Of a stretch of DNA of 64,000 nt, positions 38,602 through 49,542 are shown one piece after another. Numbering within the stretch: position 1 is the stretch's first letter; every line of letters starts with the position of its first letter. Under the pieces are notes generated by a model. It was not told the DNA's origin. It was given only the letters and a program-made list of their open reading frames with translations, and searched no databases. Where the stretch lies: NCBI GenBank assembly GCA_963665665.1, contig OY762428.1, positions 1,856,001 to 1,920,000 on the forward strand, written 5' to 3'. The translations under genes were made by a program, and so were the position numbers. The stretch comes from Candidatus Kapaibacterium sp. GTDB lineage: Bacteria; Bacteroidota; Ignavibacteria; Kapaibacteriales; UBA2268.

Positions 38602-40587
38602 TTAATTCACAGCAGGAAGTGTAAAGCTGAATTCGCTGCCTTTGTCCTTACTGCTTTGAACCGAAATACTGCCACCATGTTTTTCTACAAATTCCTTGCA
38701 AAGTATCAAACCCAGGCCGGTGCCTTTTTCCTCGGAGGTACCGATGGTTGTGTGATTAACGTCTATCCGGAAAAGTTTTTGCATATCCTGATCGGAAATT
38801 CCTATTCCGGTATCAATTACCGAAACTTTTATATCGTCTTTTTCCCTGACAGATTTAACAGTGATATTCCCGCCTTCCGGTGTAAATTTTATTGCATTAA
38901 GCACAAGATTCCTGAGTACGGTAATTATCATGTTTGTATCAATATTTGCCTTCAGGGAATTCTGAATTGCAGATTGAAGAGTAATATTTTTACGGGCAGC
39001 ATTTCCCGATGTAAGCTCAAGCACATTATCGATAATGGGTTTTAACTCATAAATATCGGGTTTATAGTCAATTCGTCCGGTCTGAGACCTGGCCCAAACC
39101 AGCAGATTTTCGAGAAGCGCATAAACCTGGCTGCATGATTTATTCATTAGCATAATCGATTCTTTTTTCTCAATTTCATCAAGCACATCATATCCCGAGC
39201 TCATTGAATGAGAAATTTCCTTTACGGCCCAAAGCGGGCTTTTCAGGTCATGGGCAATTATCGAGAAAAATTTATCTTTGGTAGCTATCAGCTCGCGAAG
39301 TTTGTTGTTGTTGTTTTTCATTTTTCTGTTGAAGCGATAAATAATAAAGCTTATCGCAGCAATCATCAGAACTATCAGCGCCATAAAAATAATTATGGTT
39401 TTTTGCCTGCCAATTTCCATATCCTTTATCTTATTATCTTTTTTCAACACCTTGTTCTCTATCTCCATTTTCTCGGTTTCGTAAAGGAACTTAAGGTCAT
39501 TTATCTGCTTCATGCTTGCTTCATTCATTATCGAGTCGTTCAGGAGAAGGAATTTATCATAATAATCCACGGATTTTTTATAACTCCCGGTTTCATAGTA
39601 AATTCTTTTCAGGTGAAAATATGCTTTCTTCTGAACTTCAATAAGCCCGGCTTTTTCTGCATGGGAAATACCATTGTGGATATAATCAATAGCAATATTG
39701 AACTTTCCGGATTTAGAATACATAATTCCAATATTTATCATATTTACTGCAATATCTTTTATTACTCCGGTCTTTTTATTTATATCAAGAGACAAGCTGT
39801 AATATTCAATTGCTTTTTTGAAATCTCCTTTTTCGGAATAAATATTAGCTATGTTTGTATAATGATTAGAAATGCCGATTTGATAATTTAACTCTTTGTC
39901 GATATCCAATGCTTTGAAATAATAATACAAAGAGCTGTCGTAATTCTTTTTTGCAAAATGCATCAGCCCGATATTACTAAGATTGAAAGAAAGGCTGCTT
40001 TTATCGCCGTGTATTAAGTTTAAATTATAAGCCTCGAACAAGTTAGCCAATCCTATATCGTATTCCTGAAGATAGTAATATACAGCACTTAAATTGCCGA
40101 GTTTTACAGCAATGCCGGATGAATCGCCGATCTTCTTGTCCAGTTCTATTCCCTTTGTATAGAATTCAATAGCTTTTGGGTAATTTGCAAAGCCCGTGTA
40201 TATTATTGCAATATTACTTATCTGTTTGGACATAGCAATACTGTCCTTAAGTTGCTGGCTAAGCTTTAGTGCAGACTTATAATATTTCAAAGCCTTAGAC
40301 ATATTGCCGGAATAATAATGTGTTGTTCCCAGCAGGTTACTGGCTTTTTTTTCAAGGTTTTTCAAGCTGAATTCACGAGATAATTCAAGGGCTTTTTCCG
40401 CATAAGGAAGTGCATCCGACGGCCTTGTCCTGACCTTCGAGGTAGCTTTGTCAATCAGTAGCAATACTTTCGAACTGTCATCAGGAATGCCTGTTAGCAG
40501 GCTGTCTAAATTCTCTGCCTGGGAAAATGTTGATCCGGGTGAAATAACACATAAAAATAACAGAAAGAATGCCCTGAGCATTTTCAT
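38602..40587 (-). CDS. TPR-repeat sensor histidine kinase
   Basis: Signal peptide, TPRs and a TM segment; IIAHDLKSP H-box, NLVLNAIKF, DTGIG and GTGLGL. Confidence 0.92.
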   Translation of the reverse strand: MKMLRAFFLLFLCVISPGSTFSQAENLDSLLTGIPDDSSKVLLLIDKATSKVRTRPSDALPYAEKALELSREFSLKNLEKKASNLLGTTHYYSGNMSKALKYYKSALKLSQQLKDSIAMSKQISNIAIIYTGFANYPKAIEFYTKGIELDKKIGDSSGIAVKLGNLSAVYYYLQEYDIGLANLFEAYNLNLIHGDKSSLSFNLSNIGLMHFAKKNYDSSLYYYFKALDIDKELNYQIGISNHYTNIANIYSEKGDFKKAIEYYSLSLDINKKTGVIKDIAVNMINIGIMYSKSGKFNIAIDYIHNGISHAEKAGLIEVQKKAYFHLKRIYYETGSYKKSVDYYDKFLLLNDSIMNEASMKQINDLKFLYETEKMEIENKVLKKDNKIKDMEIGRQKTIIIFMALIVLMIAAISFIIYRFNRKMKNNNNKLRELIATKDKFFSIIAHDLKSPLWAVKEISHSMSSGYDVLDEIEKKESIMLMNKSCSQVYALLENLLVWARSQTGRIDYKPDIYELKPIIDNVLELTSGNAARKNITLQSAIQNSLKANIDTNMIITVLRNLVLNAIKFTPEGGNITVKSVREKDDIKVSVIDTGIGISDQDMQKLFRIDVNHTTIGTSEEKGTGLGLILCKEFVEKHGGSISVQSSKDKGSEFSFTLPAVN

Positions 40588-40968
40588 ATAAAGTCTCCTT
40601 GAATTGTTACGGAGGCAATTTATACGAAAATAGTATTATAAACAAATTAATAATTGAATAATGTTGCACCTACTCACTGATGTAATTATACGGTTATGGA
40701 GTATGCAACTTACAAAAAAGGAATTTTTATCTTTCATCTAAAAATCCAAGGCCAATTATTTTTCTTAGGATATTGTTCTATCGCTTGATTATAAAAATGA
40801 TAATCAAAACAGTCAATATTCCGCTGATTTTCGTGGCATACCGTGATATTTTCAGAAAAGCAGGTTTAACATATCAGTACTATCCTTTTAAATATCAGCC
40901 ATATACAATTATTGGCATGAGATTATCCGGTAATATTATAAATTTCTAATTACAATAAATGGATTATT

Positions 40969-41721
40969 ATGAAATATGATATATTAAGAAAAGCTGACCA
41001 GGCAGTTGGCGGATTTAACAACGGTGAAATAATCGAAAATAAACCAATAGGTTTTCCGGGTGAAACAAACGGATTTAAACCATATTCAAATTTATTCTAC
41101 TGGGCAAACGCAAGTTCCCGGAATGAATCACTTATCGCAGAACATCCACATCAGGGGTTCGAGATAATGTCCTTTGTTTTGAAAGGGTACATTGAGCATT
41201 ACGATAGTAAAAACAAAGACTGGCGCAGATTAAACCCCGGTGATGCCCAGATAATCCGTGCCGGTAACGGGATTACTCACGCTGAAAAAATGGGTACTGA
41301 TACCCAGTTTTTCCAAATATGGTTTGATCCGGGCCTTCAAAAAACTTTGGGAATGCCTGCCTCATACAATGATTATAAAAACGAAAGCTTCAGTGTGAAA
41401 ACCAATGAAAACCTTAAAATGAGAACCTATGTTGGCAAGGATAGCCCGATAATTATGGAGTCTGAAAATGTAACAGTTAAGCTTTTGGATATTGATCCGG
41501 GTGATATAAGTTTTAAGGTGGACGAAGGAAATATCTTATCAGCATATCTGATTGAAGGTAAAATACACGTTGACGGCCATGATTTGGTTAATGACGATTT
41601 TTTCAGGTTTGCCGGAACTAATATTAATATACGGTCTTATGAACATAGCAGGCTTTTTGTTATTGAATCACCTGCAGTGCCATCATATAAAACTTACGGA
41701 CAGCTATATGGCAGGGGTTAG
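40969..41721 (+). CDS. Pirin family protein
   Basis: HPHQGFEI, HYDS, AGNGITHAE and FQIWF motifs. Confidence 0.88.
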   Translation: MKYDILRKADQAVGGFNNGEIIENKPIGFPGETNGFKPYSNLFYWANASSRNESLIAEHPHQGFEIMSFVLKGYIEHYDSKNKDWRRLNPGDAQIIRAGNGITHAEKMGTDTQFFQIWFDPGLQKTLGMPASYNDYKNESFSVKTNENLKMRTYVGKDSPIIMESENVTVKLLDIDPGDISFKVDEGNILSAYLIEGKIHVDGHDLVNDDFFRFAGTNINIRSYEHSRLFVIESPAVPSYKTYGQLYGRG

Positions 41722-41745
41722 AATCCCTGCCTTACAGCACTATGC

Positions 41746-42681
41746 TTAAAATCGCTTAGTATAGAAATGGCAATAAGGTTTGCTGCCTTTACGCTCGTAG
41801 TAGTCCTGATGATAATCCTCTGCAGGCCAGAATTCAGCTGCCGGGGTTAATTCCGTAGCAACATCATATCCCTTTGCTTCAAGCAAGCCTATGAGGTTTT
41901 TTGCAATAATTTTCTGTTTTTCATCGAAATAGAATACTTCGGATCTGTATTGATCCCCAATATCCGGTCCCTGCCGGTTTACCTGTGTAGGATCATGTGT
42001 TTCAAAATACAATCTTGCAAGTGTTTCATAATCTGTCTTCAATGGATCGTAAACAACCTTCACGGCTTCTGCATGGCCTGTATTCCCGGAGCAAACCTGT
42101 TCATAGGAAGGATTATCAACATGCCCGCCAATATACCCGACAGTAGTGGAAATAACACCCGGTTCCTTTGAGAAATGATACTCTGTTCCCCAGAAACACC
42201 CCGAAGCGAAAATTGCTGTTTCAGCATTAACGCTTCCGGGATCCAGTGGTTCAAAGAGAAGGGATATGGAATTTACGCAATGCCGGGTATTCTTCTCAGT
42301 AAAGCCTTCACCAAGGAACACATGCCCCAGGTGGCCTCCGCAGTTTGCACATACAATCTCTGTTCTGTGTCCGTCAGCATCCGGTACCCTTTTCACCGCA
42401 CCGTCAATTTCATCGTCAAAGCTGGGCCATCCGCAGTGCGAATCAAATTTATCTTCCGACTGATACAGCTCTGCACCGCATTGTTTGCATTTATACACTC
42501 CGCTTTCTTTATGAAATGTATATTCACCGCTGAAGGGCCTTTCTGTACCTTTATTAATTATAACTCTTTCCTCTTCCGGTGTAAGCTTGTTAAATTCCAT
42601 ACTTTCAGTTACCTCTTTGTCTTTACAGTTAGTTAATCCTGTCATTGAAAACAGCACAGCTAAATATATTATCAATTTCAT
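41746..42681 (-). CDS. msrAB: Bifunctional methionine sulfoxide reductase MsrB-MsrA with N-terminal signal or lipoprotein peptide
   Basis: MsrB GTERPF, CGWPSF and RHCVNS; MsrA GCFWG and AEDYHQDY. Start moved to the ATG at 42681, which has a GGAGG RBS. Confidence 0.92.
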   Translation of the reverse strand: MKLIIYLAVLFSMTGLTNCKDKEVTESMEFNKLTPEEERVIINKGTERPFSGEYTFHKESGVYKCKQCGAELYQSEDKFDSHCGWPSFDDEIDGAVKRVPDADGHRTEIVCANCGGHLGHVFLGEGFTEKNTRHCVNSISLLFEPLDPGSVNAETAIFASGCFWGTEYHFSKEPGVISTTVGYIGGHVDNPSYEQVCSGNTGHAEAVKVVYDPLKTDYETLARLYFETHDPTQVNRQGPDIGDQYRSEVFYFDEKQKIIAKNLIGLLEAKGYDVATELTPAAEFWPAEDYHQDYYERKGSKPYCHFYTKRF

Positions 42682-42819
42682 ATAGCCTCCATTAATTTTA
42701 CTATTAGTGACGGCTAATTTGTAAATTTGTTGAACAGAGATATGGGGAGTTGTAATTTTTGATTTTACATAATTTGCCGGCAATGTAAAAAATGGGTATT
42801 TTTGTTAAAATGAAGAAAC

Positions 42820-43773
42820 GTGAAGGATGAAACGATGAAGAAGTTAGTTATTCTGTTTATTATTCTTGCTGCAACAAATTATCTTTATTCAACAGTAAGC
42901 GACAGTTCAAACTGGAAAAAGGGAGGCGCCGCCAGCCTGGTGTTCAACCAGATAGCATTCTCTAATTGGGCGAAGGGCGGCGAAAGTTCTGTTTCGGGAA
43001 CATCTGCATTGAGTTTCTTTGCAAACTTTAAAGACAGTGATATTGTTTGGGATAATTCTGCGGACTTTGCCTTCGGAATAATGTATTCCGACCAATTTGA
43101 AACCAGAAAGACAGAAGATAAAATCGATTTAAGCTCTCAATTTGGTTATCGCGGGTTTGGCGATTATTATTATAGTGTTTTGCTTAGTTTTAAAACTCAA
43201 TTTGCCGAAGGATTCAATTATCCCAATGATTCTGTTCTTGTTTCAAAATTCATGGCTCCTGCCTATCTTGTGATGTCAACGGGGATGGACTATAAGCCAA
43301 ACGAAGGATTTTCTGTATATCTTTCGCCTGTAACCGGCAGAATAATTTTCGTGGAAGACCAGAACCTGGCAAACAACGGTTCATTCAGTGTTGACCCTGC
43401 CGTTAAAGACAGCCTGGGTAATATTATTAAGCCCGGCAAAAAAATCCGGGCTGATTTCGGCGCTTACCTGACTCTTAAATACAAAAAGCAAATAATCGAG
43501 AATGTAGGTTTTAAAACAAACATCAATCTGTTCAACAATTATACAGATAAGGATTCCGGCAATCGGGATAATATTGATGTAAACTGGGAAAGCTCGCTTG
43601 ACATGAAGGTGAATGATTTTATAACTTCAAATATATTTGTCCACCTGATATACGACGACAATATCAATGTTCCACTATACGATTATCAGAACGGAATAAA
43701 AACAAAAACAGGTGAAGGGCCAAGATTACAGGTAAAGGAAATTCTGGGGATTGGTTTAAAATATAAATTTTAA
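42820..43773 (+). CDS. DUF3078 outer-membrane protein
   Basis: FNQ..FSNWAKGGE, RKTEDKI, FKTQFAEG and LQVKEILGIGLKYKF motifs. Confidence 0.85.
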   Translation: MKDETMKKLVILFIILAATNYLYSTVSDSSNWKKGGAASLVFNQIAFSNWAKGGESSVSGTSALSFFANFKDSDIVWDNSADFAFGIMYSDQFETRKTEDKIDLSSQFGYRGFGDYYYSVLLSFKTQFAEGFNYPNDSVLVSKFMAPAYLVMSTGMDYKPNEGFSVYLSPVTGRIIFVEDQNLANNGSFSVDPAVKDSLGNIIKPGKKIRADFGAYLTLKYKKQIIENVGFKTNINLFNNYTDKDSGNRDNIDVNWESSLDMKVNDFITSNIFVHLIYDDNINVPLYDYQNGIKTKTGEGPRLQVKEILGIGLKYKF

Positions 43774-43855
43774 TTTTCATTTTTATTCTTATTTTTTTTA
43801 TTTTTATACTATCATAGATATTACAACATGTTTCATTACACAAAGGTTATTTATT

Positions 43856-44071
43856 ATGGCACAATGTGAATGTTTGGAAGGATGTCCTTTTTTTCATGAT
43901 AAAATGGAAAACATGCCATCGATGGCGGAAACATATAAAAACAAATACTGCCTTGGCGATTTTGAAGAATGTGCACGATATATCGTCTTTTCAAAAAAAG
44001 GGAAACCCGCAGTACCCAAAAATCTCTTTCCGAACCAGAAAGAAAAAGCCCTTGCAATTGTTAATTCATAA
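43856..44071 (+). CDS. Small Cys-rich conserved hypothetical protein
   Basis: CECLEGCPFF...YC....CAR...VP.NLFP pattern; followed by a terminator. Confidence 0.7.
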   Translation: MAQCECLEGCPFFHDKMENMPSMAETYKNKYCLGDFEECARYIVFSKKGKPAVPKNLFPNQKEKALAIVNS

Positions 44072-44093
44072 ATTTGTGAATTATAATATTTCT

Positions 44094-44128
44094 AAAAAGC
44101 AACTCTATTTTCCGGAGTTGCTTTTTTT
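44094..44128 (+). terminator. Intrinsic terminator
   Basis: AAAAAGCAACTC...GAGTTGCTTTTTTT. Confidence 0.75.
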
Positions 44129-44550
44129 AATGATATATCTTCTCTTTCCATAGAAATTTTTATCAGATTCGATCATTTAAATGAAAATCAATGATATTAT
44201 AAAGTCAGGATTTAATTTAAAATTACTCCTGTTCGTTCTTTTTATCAGGAGATGGCTCGAAAGCCGTATAAGATTATTTCCCTTGAAATGATAAAGGAGT
44301 GCCCGGATATATCGGGGAGAATAATTATAAAGCATTTCTCCGGAAGAATGTTTTTTTTAGGCTGGTTGTACATTATAATTATTCTTTTCCGTTGAATGCA
44401 CTATGATTTGTAATATCGGAGATCCGGCCGATTATAGATTAGATATTTGATATTTCCTAAATTATCCTTATTATGTTAAAAATATTACAGGCAAATTTTT
44501 TTGCGGATAAATAATGATCTTATTCTGAAATATAATATAGCGGAGTAGTA

Positions 44551-47500
44551 ATGCCGGATACCAAAATCAAATTCGGTCTTAGTATTAAAACCCTGGTAGC
44601 TTTTGGCTCATTATTTTTATTGTTCTTTTTGATCAGTGGAAAATTCATTTCTGATATTATCGAGGATCTTATAATTGATCAGCTGGATCAGTCTATGGAA
44701 GTTTTTGTAAATGATGAAGCTTCTGATATTACAGAATTTTTCAGAAGGATAAAGAAAACCGGCGTAAAATCCTCCTTATTTATTTCAAAAATGATCCGTG
44801 ATGATAAAATTTTAAAAGACAGTGACTATAATAGTAAATATACAAGATTCAACAAATCAATAAGAACAGATACAAGTAAAATAAAAAACAAAGATATTTC
44901 AGGAGTATTTATATCTGAAATTTCGCCTGATACTGAAAGATCAATTGAATTGGTTAAAAGAACCGAAACAGGCTTTGATGAATATGCAAAAGGGCTTTCT
45001 GTTTCAATTTTCAATATGTATTTCATCACAAAAGGCCAGATGATCAGGATATATCCCAAGAATTGGGCTTTGCAAATTGAAGGCAATCATAATTTCCATG
45101 AAGATATTTTTTATTCAATTGCTACTCCTGAAAATAATCCGGGTAGATTACCGGTTTGGACTGAGCCATATTACGATCCGATATGGAAGCATTGGATGAC
45201 CTCACTTATAACTCCTGTTTATGTTGATAATAAATTTGAAGGTATTGTAGGGCATGATGTGATTCTTGATGAAATATATCTTGAAGTTCTGAGCAAAAGA
45301 TTTTACAAGACCGGTTACGGGATGATTTTTAATTCAAAAGGGCACATGATAATTTCGCCGGAACTTGCCCAAACCAAGTTGAAAAATAAAAATATCGATA
45401 TATTTGAAAATTATAGCCACCGGGAGGAAACTGAAATATTCAAAGCAATTGACAAGCTGAATAATTCCCTGCTAAATGATAAATCCTTAAAAAAAATTGA
45501 TTATTCTGACAACAGTGATTCATACTTTGTTGTTAGCAAAAAACTGGATTTCCTGGATTGGCATCTTGGTATAGTAATTCCAGCCTCTGAAGCACTTAGT
45601 GGTTTGCCGGCTTTTTACACAAATTTTGCAATTATAGTCCTGCTGTTCTTGTTAGTTCTTCTGATATCAGTTATAATTATTACCAGGCTGATAATACTTA
45701 AACCGATATATGAATTAAACAAAGCAGCTATCAAAATCAGTGAACAAAACTTCGAAAGTAGAATTGAGATAAAAGGGCACGATGAAATTTCTCAGCTCGC
45801 AGAGTCTTTTGTTAAAATGAAAATAAAACTGAAAGACACAATGCAGCAACTAAAAAGAGACCTGACAAAGCGTGAGAAAATGAAAAACGCAATAATGCTG
45901 AGCGAAGAAAAATACAGGGCCGTGATAGATAATGCCAACGAAGTAATCTTAATTGCTCAGGACGGTCTTATTAAATTCTTTAATCCTGCATTCCCGGATA
46001 TTGCCGGTTATACCGATGAAGAATGTATGGAGCAGCCCTTCATGAAATTTCTGCATGAAGATGACAGGGATATGGTGCTGAGGAACCACTACATGAGATT
46101 AAAAGGTGAGCAGGTAAAAGATTATTACGTCACCCGAATTCGCTCTAAAGTCGGTTCGATAATTTGGCTTGAAATCAAACCAGTTTTGATTAACTGGGAT
46201 GGCAAACCTGCTACTCTGAATTTTATTACTGATGTTACTCAAAAAATTAAAGCAGAAAAAGCGTTAAAGCAATCCGAGAAAAAATACAGGCAGCTATACG
46301 AAAACATGATCGAATCCTTTGCCCTCGTGGATATGAAGGGTAATATCCTGGATATGAATCCTGCTTTTGAAAAACTTATCGGCTATTCACGCGAAGAACT
46401 GAAAAAAATGTCTTATAAAGATATTACACCTGAAAAATGGTGGCCGATAGAACATAAACTTATCTATGAGCAGGTTATTCCAAAAGGTTATTCGGATAAC
46501 TATGAAAAAGAGTATATCAGAAAAGACGGAAAGATAATTCCTGTTGAGCTTCATATCTTCATTCTGAAGGATGATAGAGGCGAAAATATTGGTATGTGGT
46601 CATTTGTAAGGGATATAAGCGAAAGAAAACGCATTGAACAATTAATGAAAGAGAGAATAGATTCGCTGACCAAACCATTAACAGACAGTGTGAACTATTC
46701 ATTCGAACTTCTTTTTGATATTGAAAAAATTCAGGAAATTCAGGATGCCTTTTCAGAAGCAACAGGAGTTGCTGCATTAATAACCGAACCCGACGGAACA
46801 CCGATAACCAAACCAAGCCGGTTTACATTTTTCTGTGAGCATATTGTCCGGAAAAGCGAAAAAGGCAGAAACAACTGTATTATCAGTGATGCTGAAATAA
46901 GAAATAACTCCGGAAAGGAATTATATATTGCACCTTGCAAAAGTGCAGGCCTTTGGGATGGTGGTACAAAAATCATGGTTGGTGACCAGCACATTGCAAA
47001 CTGGCTTTTCGGACAGGTAAAAAATGAAAAGACAAATTTGTTATCCCTGGAGAAATATGCTGATGAAATAGGCGCTGACAAAAAAGAATACATGGCAGCT
47101 TTGGAAAAAGTTCCGGAAATGTCCTTGGAGCAATTTGAAAAAATTGGTTTGGCAATCACCCTGATGGCAGATCAGCTTTCTCAGTTGGCTTACAAAAATA
47201 TTCAGCAGGCCAGAGCTATAGAGGAAAGAAGAAAAGCCGAGGAAAGAGTAAAAAAACTGAATGCAGATCTTGAGCTGAAAGTTGAAGAAAGAACTGCCGA
47301 ATTACAAGTTGCTAAGGACAAACTTGAACTTGCCCTGCAAAGCGAGAAGGAACTAAGCGCTCTTAAAACCAGGTTTGTTTCCATGGTTTCGCATGAATAC
47401 CGTACACCTCTTACTGTTATAATGCTATCAACTTATGTGCTGGAAAAAATTATCGAAAATTCCGATAAATCTAATGAACAATTGAAAAAAATCAGGCACA

Positions 47501-48036
47501 GCGTTGAAATAATGACAAGCCTGCTTGAAGATGTTATTACTGTTGGCAAAATTGACAGTGACTCCGGAGTAATCTCATCGGAATTTCAGGAATTTAATTT
47601 ATTGAAGTTTTTCACTGACTTAATTGAACAGCAAAAAACAATAGATAAAGATAATCATGAAATCAATCTGGATTTTGACCTTGATGAAGAAATAATTATA
47701 AGTGATAAAAAAATACTCGGCCAGATATCAAGAAACCTGCTTTCAAACGCATTAAAATATTCTGAACCGGGTAAATTGGTTCAGATAAAAATTAGTAAAG
47801 ATGATGATAAAATTCTGATGGCATTCATGGACAAAGGATATGGAATCGGTTTCAAAGATCAGGAGAAAATTTTTGATCCCTTTTATAGAAACGAGAAATT
47901 TATAGGTTCTATTTCGGGTTCCGGGTTAGGGCTTACAATTGTTAGGAACTGCGTAGATGCATTGAAAGGAGAAATATCAATTCAAAGCGAACACGGAAAA
48001 GGAACTACTTTCTTTGTTAAAATACCAAAGATCTAA
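44551..48036 (+). CDS. Sensor histidine kinase: Cache-HAMP-PAS-PAS-PocR-HisKA-HATPase
   Basis: WTEPYYD (Cache), HDEISQLAESF (HAMP), two PAS domains, PocR-like IQDAFS...FC...C...CKSAGLWD, SHEYRTPL and GSGLGL. Confidence 0.88.
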   Translation: MPDTKIKFGLSIKTLVAFGSLFLLFFLISGKFISDIIEDLIIDQLDQSMEVFVNDEASDITEFFRRIKKTGVKSSLFISKMIRDDKILKDSDYNSKYTRFNKSIRTDTSKIKNKDISGVFISEISPDTERSIELVKRTETGFDEYAKGLSVSIFNMYFITKGQMIRIYPKNWALQIEGNHNFHEDIFYSIATPENNPGRLPVWTEPYYDPIWKHWMTSLITPVYVDNKFEGIVGHDVILDEIYLEVLSKRFYKTGYGMIFNSKGHMIISPELAQTKLKNKNIDIFENYSHREETEIFKAIDKLNNSLLNDKSLKKIDYSDNSDSYFVVSKKLDFLDWHLGIVIPASEALSGLPAFYTNFAIIVLLFLLVLLISVIIITRLIILKPIYELNKAAIKISEQNFESRIEIKGHDEISQLAESFVKMKIKLKDTMQQLKRDLTKREKMKNAIMLSEEKYRAVIDNANEVILIAQDGLIKFFNPAFPDIAGYTDEECMEQPFMKFLHEDDRDMVLRNHYMRLKGEQVKDYYVTRIRSKVGSIIWLEIKPVLINWDGKPATLNFITDVTQKIKAEKALKQSEKKYRQLYENMIESFALVDMKGNILDMNPAFEKLIGYSREELKKMSYKDITPEKWWPIEHKLIYEQVIPKGYSDNYEKEYIRKDGKIIPVELHIFILKDDRGENIGMWSFVRDISERKRIEQLMKERIDSLTKPLTDSVNYSFELLFDIEKIQEIQDAFSEATGVAALITEPDGTPITKPSRFTFFCEHIVRKSEKGRNNCIISDAEIRNNSGKELYIAPCKSAGLWDGGTKIMVGDQHIANWLFGQVKNEKTNLLSLEKYADEIGADKKEYMAALEKVPEMSLEQFEKIGLAITLMADQLSQLAYKNIQQARAIEERRKAEERVKKLNADLELKVEERTAELQVAKDKLELALQSEKELSALKTRFVSMVSHEYRTPLTVIMLSTYVLEKIIENSDKSNEQLKKIRHSVEIMTSLLEDVITVGKIDSDSGVISSEFQEFNLLKFFTDLIEQQKTIDKDNHEINLDFDLDEEIIISDKKILGQISRNLLSNALKYSEPGKLVQIKISKDDDKILMAFMDKGYGIGFKDQEKIFDPFYRNEKFIGSISGSGLGLTIVRNCVDALKGEISIQSEHGKGTTFFVKIPKI

Positions 48037-48485
48037 CTGATAGATGTTAAGTCTTTCAAACTGTTTATCTTATTTACAGTTTTATCTCTCAGCTCTGCCA
48101 GGGTTTCCTCGCTAAGCATTTTATAAGTTTCATCCCTGAGCTTACCCCATTTGTTATGTACCGGGCAGGGTTCCGAAACCGAACAGCCTTTAAAACCCAA
48201 CACGCATTTGTGAAAAATTTCAAGGCCGTCAATTGCCATTACTATATCAATAAGCCGGACATCTTCAGGGGATTTGTCAAGAAAAAAACCACCTGACTTA
48301 CCCTTCTGAGAACCAACAATGCCGCTTCCGGTAAGTGTTTGCAGTACTTTTGATACAAATTCCCTGGGTACGTCAAGTTCTTTTGAAATATCTGAAGCGC
48401 TGAATTTTTTACCTGCCTTCTGCGCTGAGAGAAATAATACTGCCTGAAGCCCGAGTTCACATTTTTTCGAAAATATTACAGTCAT
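48033..48485 (-). CDS. Rrf2 family transcriptional regulator
   Basis: FSKKCELGL, S.KG..GGF and CVLG...C....PCPVH motifs. Confidence 0.92.
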   Translation of the reverse strand: MTVIFSKKCELGLQAVLFLSAQKAGKKFSASDISKELDVPREFVSKVLQTLTGSGIVGSQKGKSGGFFLDKSPEDVRLIDIVMAIDGLEIFHKCVLGFKGCSVSEPCPVHNKWGKLRDETYKMLSEETLAELRDKTVNKINSLKDLTSIS

Positions 48486-48592
48486 TCTTATATCCTTATT
48501 ATCAATTAAAGGAATTTATAAAATAATTTTTAGAAATTTAAAAAAAATGAAAATTTTTCTTGCATAGCAGACTTTTTTGTCCTATTTTAGAA

Positions 48593-48610
48593 TCAGACAA
48601 ATGAGTCTGA
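48593..48610. promoter_or_regulatory. Candidate Rrf2 operator (TCAGAC-N6-GTCTGA)
   Basis: Perfect inverted repeat in the divergent promoter; a degenerate sister site GCAGAC-TTTTTT-GTCCTA lies at 48567-48584. Confidence 0.55.
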
Positions 48611-48622
48611 ATAAGAAAAGGA

Positions 48623-49525
48623 ATGAAAATGAAAAGACAGATAATAAAAATAGACGAAGAAAAATGTACCGGATGCGGCGATTGCATACCGGGGTGTAAA
48701 GAAGGGGCCCTACAGGTAATCGATGGAAAATGCAGGCTTGTAAGCGAGCTGTTTTGCGACGGCCTGGGAGCATGCATAGGGCATTGTCCGGAAGGGGCAA
48801 TCATAATAGAGGAACGTGAAGCCAAGCTATACAGCGAAGAACTTGTTATAGAATCCTTGCTGAAGAAACCCGAATCCGTTATGATAGCTCATCTGAAACA
48901 TTTGAAAGAGCACGGGGCAATGGATTATTACAATCAGGCAGTCGATTACCTGAATAAGAAAGGCATTGAAAATCCCCTGAAAGAGAATTCGCCGGCTATT
49001 CCTGAAGTTCTAATGCATAAGCATCACAATGGTTCAGCCTGCCCGGGATCGCAAATAAAAGTACTGAATGTATTGAAACCGGAAAAGAAAAAACCGGAAA
49101 CGCCCGAGGGAAAGAATGAATCACTGCTGGAACAATGGCCGGTACAGCTTCATCTTGTTAATCCTGCGGCTCCTTACTTCAATGGCAAAGAACTGGTTAT
49201 TATGTCAACATGCGGGCCAATTGCCTCGGCAAACGTTCATACTGACTACCTTGCCGGGAGGTCGGTTGTTGTTGCCTGCCCCAAGCTTGATTACACCGAG
49301 CCATACGCAGAAAAACTTTCACAAATATTCAGCAATAATGATATTCCGAAAGCAATTGTTGTCAGGATGGAAGTGCCCTGCTGCAGCGGACTAAGCAAAA
49401 TTGCAAAGACAGCAGTTTTGTTAAGCAGGAATAATATTGAAATAGAAGAGCATGTAATGGATTTGCATGGTAACATTGTGCAAAAAATTCAATTAAGCGA
49501 TAAAACTATAGAAATTAACAGATAA
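48623..49525 (+). CDS. 4Fe-4S dicluster protein associated with hcp
   Basis: [35 protein letters not shown] and MEVPCC motifs. Confidence 0.88.
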   Translation: MKMKRQIIKIDEEKCTGCGDCIPGCKEGALQVIDGKCRLVSELFCDGLGACIGHCPEGAIIIEEREAKLYSEELVIESLLKKPESVMIAHLKHLKEHGAMDYYNQAVDYLNKKGIENPLKENSPAIPEVLMHKHHNGSACPGSQIKVLNVLKPEKKKPETPEGKNESLLEQWPVQLHLVNPAAPYFNGKELVIMSTCGPIASANVHTDYLAGRSVVVACPKLDYTEPYAEKLSQIFSNNDIPKAIVVRMEVPCCSGLSKIAKTAVLLSRNNIEIEEHVMDLHGNIVQKIQLSDKTIEINR

Positions 49526-49542
49526 TTATTATTAATATTTTT

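Noticed and set aside
39208-39891. Long antisense ORFs (e.g. 39208-39891, 22410-23000, 37107-37598)
   Set aside because: Fully overlapped by well-supported genes on the other strand and show no recognisable motifs.
40912-40930. TTGGCATG upstream of pirin as a sigma-54 promoter
   Set aside because: No TTGC-like -12 element at the required spacing.
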